From Fonticula alba ATCC 38817 (Eukaryota > Protista > Nucleariida): DNA of 64,000 nt. The first letter of the stretch is position 1, and the number at the start of each line of letters is the position of its first letter. The stretch lies in assembly GCA_000388065.2 (NCBI GenBank), contig KB932207.1, one strand, 5' to 3'. This document shows, one piece after another, positions 13,913-24,300 of this stretch. Made by a program: the position numbers and the translations under genes. A model generated the notes under the pieces. It ran no database searches. It saw only the letters and a list, made by a program, of their open reading frames with translations, and was not told the DNA's origin.

Positions 13913-14217
13913 CCTTGTCGACAGTGTCGACCAAGAGCTCAGGTCTCCCTGTAGGAGACGGCGGGTGAAATTACGCCGGCAAAACAAACAGCGGGGAATG
14001 TTTATGGTGCCAGACCCCCTTCCTCTGTCTCGGATGGGTCCTTTGAGAGGACACAACGTGTGCTCTTCCGATCTCCTTGTCGACAGTGTCGACCAAGAGC
14101 TCAGGTCTCCCTGTAGGAGACGGCGGGTGAAATTACGCCGGCAAAACAAACAGCGGGGAATGTTTATGGTGCCAGACCCCCTTCCTCTGTCTCGGATGGG
14201 TCCTTTGAGAGGACACA
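13913..14217. repeat. Perfect 143-bp direct duplication (13913-14055 and 14075-14217) separated by an Illumina adapter fragment (14056-14074); assembly artefact
   Basis: The two copies are identical. The spacer ACGTGTGCTCTTCCGATCT matches the 3' end of the TruSeq read-2 primer/adapter. Confidence 0.9.
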
Positions 14218-14277
14218 GGCCCCACGCACACATATATACACACACACACACACACACTTACGTACACGGAAACCACA

Positions 14278-14560
14278 TCCATGCGCGGACACACGCACGG
14301 AAACGTACACACAAGCCCTGCAGCGACCACGCTCGTGACTGGGCCACACAAGGGGGGCCCGGTACTCCGCACTTGCCACTTCGTGCGCGGTGCGCACANN
14401 NNNNNNNNNNNNNNNNNNNNNNNNNNNNNNNNNNNNNNNNTCCATGCGCGGACACACGCACGGAAACGTACACACAAGCCCTGCAGCGACCCCGCTCGTG
14501 ACTGGGCCACACAAGGGGGGCCCGGTACTCCGCACTTGCCACTTCGTGCGCGGTGCGCAC
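14278..14560. repeat. 120-bp duplication flanking the N gap (14278-14397 vs 14441-14560), likely overlapping contig ends
   Basis: The same sequence (one mismatch, gaccAcg vs gaccCcg) lies on both sides of the 14399-14440 gap. Confidence 0.8.
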
Positions 14561-17500
14561 GCACGCGCGCCCCAAGATCCCCCCCCCCCCCTCGGCCCCT
14601 CTCCGGCATGCGAACGAGGCGCGCTCCTTGACGCCGGTCGTGGTGACGATGAGCCATCCCGGCACACGGCGTATCCCCCACCCCCGGTCCTCATGCCTCA
14701 TGGCTGATCAAGAGAACGAAGGAACAGGAAGCCGCTCCGGGGCACGGGTGTGCGGACCCTTTACGGCGCGGCGGCGGGTGTTGTGAAGTGCGCGTGCGTT
14801 CACGCATGTGCCGACACACACACACACAATCACACGCGCGCGCGCGCGCGCACATGCCTCAGCGAGTAGGGGCTTACGCACGCACACCTCTTCATGCGAG
14901 CCAAAGTGGCCGATGCTCAGGCACCCAGCGCCAGCGGTGACAGGGCAAACAGAGCCGGGGCAAGCTCACGCCGGCACACCAGCACCCCCATGCGCCCCAG
15001 AGGCACACGCGCGCCTGCACGCGCACGACCCCACATGCACGCGCGCCTCCCTGGCCATGGGCCCCCCCCTCATGGTGGTGCTCTTCCGTCGGTGGCAAGG
15101 CACCCCCTCCGGGCGCTGGCGAACATGCAAGGCGCGATGGTGACGTTGATCGGAGGAGCAGGGTGGCCCGGAGCCAGGACCAGCAGGGGGACACGCCGGC
15201 CGGGGGCCGAAAGAAGCGGCAGGAGACACACGCCCCGATCACTTGGAAAAGCCTCCGCCAAAGGGGCCTCGTACTTTGAGCGGGGGGCGGGCGGAAGGCA
15301 AGGCTGGGGGCCCAGACAGCCGGCCGGGGGCAAGATGATCGAGGCCACCTGCATGCCGGGCGGGGGGGACGATGGGCCGGCCACCCCCCTCGCCTGGCCT
15401 GATCCCTCAACGCCCGCGGTCCCCTCCGGGGCGGGGGGAGGCAGCTGCGACCGGGGTTCGGCGGGGGCACCTTCGATCCGGGGCTCGGGCCAGCCCCGGA
15501 AGGCGGCGTGGGCTTGGTCACAAAGGCGCCCGTGGGCCGGCGAACCCGACAGCCCGGGCCGCAGAGACACGACCAAGGGCAGGGCGGTTCGGCCGGGACG
15601 GCCCAACGCGGGCGGGGGCCACACTGTAGCCCGGAGCAACATCGTCGCCGGGGCCCCACATCCGGGGCCAAGATTCCGTTCATGTCAGACGCTATGTCGC
15701 GGTTACAGGGTGGCTGTGGACCTCCCCAATAATGGCCAAATTGCACCGGCATCACCGAACCAAGGGGCTGGCCTGGGCCGGGGCAATCGCACTCGCCACA
15801 AAGCCCTCGCAGCGCGGGTAGCCCGGGCGTCGGTCGGCTACGCTGCCTCCCAGGCCCCCCCTTTCCCGACGGCCGGTGTGGCCGGCCCCCCCCCCGGCCC
15901 GGGGCCGAGCTCGGGGGGGTTTGGGGGCGTCCGGCGGGAAGAGGCTTCACACACGCCCCACACACGGCCGTTTCACCCGGCCAGGGCTGGGGCCGGGGGC
16001 TGCCCAGCCCGTTGGATCGCCCGAGCAGGCGCCCGCGCCGGCGCCCGAGTCCCAGCCAGCCCGGCCCTCCCTGGGAACCCGGGGTCTGCGGTGTGGAACA
16101 CCGGGCGCGTCGGTCGGCCGGCGAGGGGAACAATAACAAGCGAATGAAGGCAGTCGGAACGTGTCGTTTCGGGGCGCGCAATAAGCGGCGGGGTGTGCGG
16201 CCAGAGGTTCGGGCCGGGGGGTGGCGGCGGCGGACACGTGCGGGACACGGACTGGCCGCCGCCAGCCGGCCGCGAGACCCGCCCGGCGGAGGGCACGGCA
16301 CCCCGGCCGGCCGCCGCCGGCCCTCCCCAGAGAGGGCGATGGCGAGATGCCCCGCCCAAATGGTGCTCTTGCCTCACGATGGCAATAAGGCCCTCGGGCA
16401 GGGGCGCGCAGACCGCGCCGACGTCTCCTGCCCGTCTGCCGACCCGGCGGCCCGCGCTGCCCGGTCCCCATCCTCGCGAGCGCATGCCTCTACCCCGGCC
16501 CCCGGGCCGCGCGGGGGAACGGGCAGAAAGCCCATGCGCTTGTCAGGCGCGCGCGCGCGCGCGCGCGCACTCGCAAAAAAAGCCGCTCAAAAACAAACAC
16601 CAGCCCGGAAAGGCGGCCCGGAGAAGTGGCGAGAGCCGGCGCGCGGCGGGGAAGATGAAATGGCTAGTAATAAGAGTGGTACATCACACCACACAAGACC
16701 CGCCGTCGTCGGCACCGGGAGGGGGCCCCATGCCCCATGTCTCTGCGAGGGCCGATTCGTGGAAATACTACGGCCGGAGATGACCGGCGCCCTGGAGGAC
16801 CAGCCAGTCCGTCGGGCCATCGTCTGCTCCAGGGCGACGTCTCGGCCAGCGCATCGCGCCGGCGACCGTGCCGAAAACTCCGCCGTTCAAGGCGGGCGCG
16901 CACGCGCCCCACGCGATCTGCCCCCCCCCCCCCCCTTGCCCGCCCGGCTTCGACACGCGGCTCCGCTCAGGCGTAGGGCGCCGCGCCTTGGGCGGCCCTC
17001 TGCCCGGCTGCGCCGGTCCTCGCGGCCAGGCCCGGGACCCGCGGCGGCCAGTTGGCCCGGCCGATAGGTGGATTGGCTGGACGCGTGGAGACAGGCCACG
17101 GCAAGCGAGGGGGCGGCGGCCGGCGGCCGGCGGCCGGCGGCCACGGCCGCGGAGGCCCGGCAGAGCGGGACCACTGCCAGGACACGCATCCCCGGCCCGG
17201 GGCCGGAAGAGGGGGCAGGGGCTTTTTGCCGGCAGGCGGGGAGGGGGCCACGCCGGCGAGGGGATATTGTCGGCTGGCCAGCCCCGGTTCCAGCCGGGTC
17301 GGCGGCCTGTGAGACCGCCGGCGGATGAGTCATCCGCCGCGGGCTGGGACTCGGCGGTTCCCTCGAGGGGGGCGGCAGGGGGGGGGGGGGGCCGGCGGAG
17401 CGGCTGGCCCTTCGGCGAGACCGCGCGACTACGGCTCTCAGGGCGCGCGCCTAGGCCGCGGCCCCGGGCCGGGGCACGAGGCCGCCCTCCGGCGCTTGGC

Positions 17501-20022
17501 AGCCGTTGAGGGGCTGGCTTGCCGCTTGGTCAAGGACGTGTGCTGGGGCTTGTCCCCCCCGGCCGCCCCCGCCCCCCCTCCTCGCTGCGGGGTCTGACGC
17601 GGGCCGCGCCGGGGTCTCGGCCGCAGGGGGCCAGTGTGCCCCACACAGGGCGGTGGGAAATTTCTCACCCGGGCCACCGCCGGGCGGCCGACATTCCCCG
17701 GCTCGCGTGGCGGACTTCCACCACGGCAGCGTGGTGTTGGCGCGCGGGGGCGAGGGAAGAGGGAGAATTCCACCCGGGGGGGTGAAAACCGGCGGCAGGA
17801 CGAGCGGGCCCGGGCCAAAGGGACAGGCGAGGCTTCCGGGCGGGGACCACGGATGAGGCGCCAGTGGCTGGGCTAGGCGCGCGTCGCTGGCGCGTGGCCG
17901 AGGCGGAGCCACCTCAGCTGGGCACCAGAGGCATCATCAACGATGCTCAGCCCCGTTGTGGCCCCCGTCCCCCCCCTCCCCCCGGGGGGAGGGGCGGGGG
18001 CGGGGGGGGCACCATCGCACCCAGGACAAGCGCGAGAAGCTCGCGAGAAAAGGGCCCGAGCCTCCGCGGGCTACGGGCTCATGTGAAATCCAAGAGCCGG
18101 CACTCCTTTCACGGACCCCGCCACCCACACGCCCCTTCCAGTGATGGGACCCATTTAATATTCTCCCCAATCCGCTGCCTTTGGCCTTTTGTCCAAAGTG
18201 CCCGAGATCCGGGGGAAAACGCCGGGCGCCGTGCGGCCTGGAGCGAAGGGGCATTTTCACCTGCATAACCACGCGAACGGACCAAATGCACGAAAATAGC
18301 CGGCCCAGCATGTCCGGCCTCCTGTGCCCGCACCTGCCTGGCAGGGGCGCAGGGGGGGGGGGGGGGGGGGCAGCAACGCCGGTGGGCACCGAGCTCCCTC
18401 GAGGCGCCGGTGGCCTCTCATCGTCTCTCTCTCTCTCCCTCTGTCGCGCCCCGGTGGGCCTACCGGGGCGCGACAGGGACATCCACCCGAGGGCGGGTCT
18501 TATGCCTGACGCATGGCCGGACCTGCTGGCCTGCCGAACCGTAGTCCCTTGCACACGAGGACCCACATCCCCCGCTCCTCTCCCATGACTTCTCGCCGGA
18601 CGGGGCGAGGAGCGTGCCGTGCGGCCCGACACCGCGAGGGCAGCACCGGTTGCAAGGAGCTCCGGCGGCGAAGTCGTCAGGGACACCCCCTCAGGGTCCT
18701 TCTCCCAGCCCATCCCCCGCCGGGCCTTGCGCAGCGGACGCCGCTGATCGCCCTGCCGTCTCTCCGCCCTCGACCCCGCCCCAGCCCCCGGCCTCCTAAG
18801 CACAGAGGACCCCAGACTGGGGAGACGCCTCGGGCGCGAAAAAGGGGCGCCCCCTGGGGAGGCGTGGTCGTTCGCCCTTTGTATGGGGGAGGGGGGGGGG
18901 GGGGGGGGGGCGGTGCTCCTGCCCCCGCTGCGGTCCTCTCCTCCTCAGCAGACCTCGGCCGTCGAGGTCGTCGAGGCCGTCGTTGTCCGTCGGCCAGGGG
19001 GACCGGAGGCCGGGGGCGACTCATTGCGTGAACACTGACCCGGGGCAGGAGCCCCGTCCGGCCCCTGGGGGAGAGAGCCTCCCCGCCGCGACCGATGGGC
19101 CCATGGGCCCGGGACCGCTCGGCTCCTCTGACGGGGACCCCTGCCTGGTTGGGGTCCTACTTGGCCGACGCTCCCCGGACTCCGGGCCACATTGGTCCAG
19201 ATTCTGGTCACCCAGCCCGAGGCATAACACACTCGCACATAAGCGCCGATCCTCGTGCACTCACACACACGCACACACGCACAGGGCCACACAGGGCCAC
19301 ATGCTCCTTGACCAGGGGGCATTGGTCCCGGCGCGGGGATACCCCGTTCACACCCCCCCCCCCCCCCGCCCCCCCTTCCCCCTCGCGCCCTTGTGGCCAC
19401 ACCCATGGGAGAAAGACCACCGCCCTGTAGCCGCACTTAAGCCCAGCCCTCCCGGGCGGTTCTCGCCCCGCGCCCCCTCCCCCGATGCCCGCCCTGCCGC
19501 GCCCCCTCCCCGAGGCGGGTATGGTGTGTGGTGGGGAGACCTTAGCCGTGGGACCGGGCTTTGCTGGCTTTTCCTGTCCCAGTCAGCGCCTTCTGGCTGC
19601 CATAACTTCCCTCCGCCGGTCTCCGGTCTCCTCCAACGGCCTTTCTCAACTGTCAACGGTCACTTGGCCGTGGAGCCCGGCGCGCATGTACGCGTGCCTG
19701 GCGCGCTCCCTCCTGCGTCGCCGAGCGAGCAGGCCCCGGGAAGCGGGAACCATTCGCCGCCGAGCTCCCACCCGCTCAAATCACTCGCCAGGACGACCAC
19801 CTATGGAGCGCACCATGTCTCAGATCACACCGACTTGGGTGGTCACCCGACCCGCCCACGTGTCACCATCCAGGGCGATCTGGATGCTTTAAATCCATGC
19901 CCCGACTCGCCCTCTCTGTCTCGGAGGTTGAAATTCATTCTCCCCTCGTCCCCCGTTGCTGTTCTGTCATTCCGGTCTTCCCCGTCTGTGTGCAATCTCT
20001 CCTGGGCCGCCTCCACTCACTC

Positions 20023-21090
20023 ATGCTCAAGCAATCGTTCCAGGTACCCCAGCCTGCGTGTGCACCCTCTCCCTTTACTTACCTCGCCTTCCCCACTCCA
20101 GTCTGACTTCTGCCTTCCTGCGCCTCCTGCGCCCTCTGCCCCCCCCCCCCNNNNNNNNNNCCCCCCCCCCCCGCCCATGTGACTCACACTTCCGAGCAGC
20201 TCGCATCCTCTTCAGCTCTGGCGCACCGAGACCCATGAGTCGGCCAGTGTTAAGCTCACGCAGGATGCCTTGATTCGATCTCGCGTGCTGGAGATCCTCA
20301 CTCCGGAGGGGTGCCCCTCGGCCGCCCTGGTGACCACTTCCATTTCCTGTCCCCCGGGGCCAGGCCAGTCGATTGGCATTCGTTTGCGTACGTCTCCCCC
20401 TCCTCCTCTTGCCCTTGATTTGGTTCAGGCGGTCCATTGCCAATCCGCTCCTCTCTCTCTCTCTCTCTCGGTCTCTTCCTCCTAGCCATCTCGGCCATAC
20501 TAACGCCCTTACGAGGGACACATCGCCAGCCTTTCTCACCATCCAGGTGAAAAATCTCAACCGCTATTTCTCCTTCGAAGTCGAGGTGGAGGATGATCAA
20601 GGCGTTGTGCGCCGGTTCCGGTGTTCCAACTTCAACGTGCGCCTCTCGGATGCCTCCTCATCAGACTGGATTTCAATTCTCCCTCTGTTGGCTCTGACCT
20701 GTGGCGCTATCCCCCCTCCCCCCCCCCCTCCTCGCCCAGACAACCACCCGCGTAAAGGAGTATATTTGCACCATGCCCCTGCTCCTGGACGCCGGGTGGA
20801 ATATCGTCAAGATCGATCTGGCCCAAATGGTTCGGTGCGTGCCGCCCAAGATGGGCTCCCCAAGCACAGATGCGGGGGATTTCCCAGCTGCTCACCCACT
20901 CTGTTCCGTCTTTGTCCATGTGTTCCGCATCCATAGCAAGGTGTACGGCACCCAGTTCACCGAGGTCCGCTCGATCACCATCCATCCCAACTGCCTCCTT
21001 CGGAGAATCTTCTTCAGCGACAAGAACATCCCGGAGGAGGACCTGCCGGCTGATTTCCGCTTGCACGCGGCCAGCGACACGGCCAATTGA
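20023..21090 (+). CDS. CFAP20: CFAP20/BUG22 homolog, multi-exon; one small N-terminal segment unresolved near the 10-N gap at 20151-20160
   Basis: Exons encode MLKQSFQ | SHPLQLW...IRSRVLEI...SISCPPGPGQSIGIRL | PFLTIQVKNLNRYFSFEVEVEDDQGVVRRFRCSNFN | TTTRVKEYICTMPLLLDAGWNIVKIDL | KVYGTQFTEVRSITIHPNCLLRRIFFSDKNIPEEDLPADF. This is collinear with the CFAP20 consensus. A TACTAAC branch site precedes the acceptor at 20529. Confidence 0.9.
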
Positions 21091-21313
21091 TAAAGCCCCA
21101 GCCGTGATCCCTTGTTGTTCTTGGGGCTTCCCCCGTTCCCCCCCCTCCCCCCTCCCGGGACAGCCAAAGCGGGCACACATCGAGTGAGGTCCAACAACAA
21201 GAGACATACAATACATTTGAGAAAAAAAAAGCAGGACTAGAGCGCGTCTCACCGACCATGCCCTGACTATCCCCGGAGCAAAGTCACTCCTCATGTCAAT
21301 AGGGCAGCCAGTA

Positions 21314-24300
21314 TTACTGCGACTGGGGGAGGATGTTATCCAGGATGTCGGTTGTCCGGGCGAGAAGCTGCGCCGAGGTTGGCCGCATCGATGGGTCGTG
21401 TTCCTGACACCAGCGCTGAAGCACCTGCATTTTGCCCACGGCAGGGTTTTCCGGGTCAAAGACAACCGGTGTATCTCCGTCGAAGCTCGGCCGCTCGCCC
21501 TTTCGGACCTGTTCCATGATAGCGCTGACGGTCATGCCTGATCGTGGCAAACGGCGACACCGGCGTGTGGGCGTACACATGCGCGAGAGGATGCATACAT
21601 GGATACATGCATGTGTGAGTCCGTGTGGGGGGCAATACGTGGGTGAGCGAGTTTTTTCCGCCCAAACAGGGCAAGGAAGAACACCCCAGAAAAAGTGACG
21701 GACCTGGCCAGGGAAGTTTGCGCGTGAGGACCTTCCAAATGAGCACCGACATGGCATAGATGTCACTGGTCTTTCGGTGTTCGACCGCCGGCTGGGCGCG
21801 TTTCATGACAGCCGTGAGAAGCTAGACACAAGTGGCCATGTGTGCAATCGCAGAAGGGCAAGAAACAGACTAAATGTGAGAAGGGCATGGAGCCAGGGCG
21901 AAGGCAGAGAAGTAATCATGAATCGTAGGTCGTGGCATGTGCGCGCGCGCGTGTGTGTGTATGTATGTATGTATGTATGTGTGTGTGTGTGTGTGTGTAG
22001 AGTCCCACAAAGACAGGCACAGTGTGGCCACCGTGTGGCCGGGCCGAGAAAGACCCTTCGAAGACGCACCTCCGGACTGGCATAGATGATCGAGAAGGCA
22101 TTGAAATCGGAGATCTCCATCTGGATATGTGACTGCCGATCGGCATTGATCGACTGAGCCACACCGAAGTCACCGATTGCGGCCATCCAAATGCCAGTGT
22201 GGGTATTCATCTCGATGAAGATGTTCCTCGACTTGATGTCCTGGTGGACAATGCCAACACTGTGAATGTGCTCGAGGCCGTTGGCTGCGCGCAGGCGGGA
22301 GGCCCAGTTGTGCCGGGTTCATCACACACAAGCACCGGGTCAATACCGAGAGGCACGGAGCACGAGATGCTCGTCTGGCGAAGATCCCACTCCCAGCTAG
22401 ACAGGCACAGGGGATTTTGCGCACCGATGTCCCTCAAGACCGAGAGGGAGGACTGGAGGGTGAACTCGATCGTCGACTCGAGCAGGACATCGAGAGACAT
22501 GTTGAAGCACTTCATGCCGATGGCCGGCGGATTTTCGGAGTAGAAGTACATCGGCACGATGTTCGGCGTCTTGGACAGAGACCTGTCATCCAGCGCGGGA
22601 GGGACCCCCCAAACGGGCGTGCATTTGTGTGTCTGTGAGAAGGGAGGAGGCGTTTTCAAGGAGGGGGAGGGGGGGGGGGCTGCGAGGGGCAAGGGCAAGC
22701 AAGCTCAGCGCAACAATGCCACGCGACGTACCACATGATGGACACCTCACGGTAGAAGAGACGCAAGGTGAGATCGCTCATCTCTGCAGGGTGACATTCG
22801 GCGTCCAGCCAAGCGCGGAAGGGGGGGAGGGGGGGGGGGGNNNNNNNNNNNNNNNNNNNNNNNNNNNNNNNNNNNNNNNNNNNNNNNNNNNNNNNNNNNN
22901 NNNNNNNNNNNNNNNNNNNNNNNNNGGGGGGGGGGGGGCATATTTTCCTTGTCTCAGTCGGACGCGAGCGAGGTCCAAGGAAGGACAGGGGGAGGGAGGG
23001 TGGAGGAAGGCCACCTTAACTTCATGGGACGTACGAGTCATCTCCTTAACCGCGACCATATCGGTGCCAATGCGTCTCCGCAGTGTCGGATCGATGATCT
23101 GGGTGCGGAATACCCGGGCCTGGCTCCCACAGCCCAGACCGGTGGTATTACCCAGGTCGACGCTATTTTCGAGAGCGACATTGATGAAGCCCGGCAGGGA
23201 GAATTCTGTCCAAGCATCGGGGAGCCCACCACCATTGGTCAGGAACAGAGGGCGGGGAAGGGAAAAGCGCGACGAAGAGGCGGATGGCTTGCAAGAAGGG
23301 ACTTCAGCATACCGACAAGGGTGTTGAGCACGGTCATGTTTTCATCATCTCCCGGGGACATGCTCTGGCCAGTGGGATCCTTGCTGGGCGAACGCCGCCG
23401 GCAGAAGAACACCATCAGCAGGACGATCAAAGCAAGGAGCACAACAATCGGCACGGCAATCACGGTTGCTGCGGCAGGGTCGGGACAGGGCCGGGGAAGG
23501 GTGGGTGGGGCGGGGAGGCGAAGGAAGGGAAGAGAGGGGAGCGGATCAACGGGAGGTGGTCAGAGGGGAAGATAGATGAAGAGGGCGGGGGGGGGGGGGG
23601 GGGCCGAAAGGGGGCCCAGGCATTCCCCCGACCGAAAAGAAAAAAACAACAAAAAAGGTCCACCCAGCTCTTGCCCCCCACCCCCCCCACAACTGAGAAC
23701 ATACCAAGCACTCCGGACGACATGCGAGGTCTCGGGTTTGACCAAACAAGGCAATCCTGCTTGGCCGGGCCCAGGCAGCTGGAACAGCCATCCACACAGG
23801 CGGCGCAGTGGGTCTCCGTGGCCGGGTATGTTCCCGCCGGGCAGCCACCCTCCACACACAGGCCTTCGTACGCCATGTAGCCGAAGTGGCACTCGACACA
23901 GTGGCCGGCTGGGGCTTCGCAGGAAATACACCATTGCGGGCATGCGCGGCACTCCCCGGCACCTGTGCCGCCGGGCTTTTCGGCCGGCACCAGGTAGTAA
24001 CCCGTGGCGGGGCAGGCCTCCCGACACTCATGGAGCTGGGGAATGAAAAACTTGTCGGCCCTGCAGGCCGTGCACTTGAGGCTGGTGTCCTGGCACTCGA
24101 GGCACCGGGAATCACAGCCCCGGCATCGGCCAGTGGCATCTGGATGCGAGATGGGATCCGGGTTGAAGTGACCTGCCGGGCAGTCCACCGCGCAAGTCCC
24201 ATCCCCCCGAAGGACCAATTGCCCGGAGCACAACTCGCACCGGACATTGACCTCGGAGCATTTGTGCTCGGATGGCTGAACATCGTGGACGCAGCGATCG

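Noticed and set aside
13274-14501. ORFs with internally duplicated peptides (13274-14257 and 13890-14501)
   Set aside because: Produced by the adapter-linked and gap-flanking duplications.
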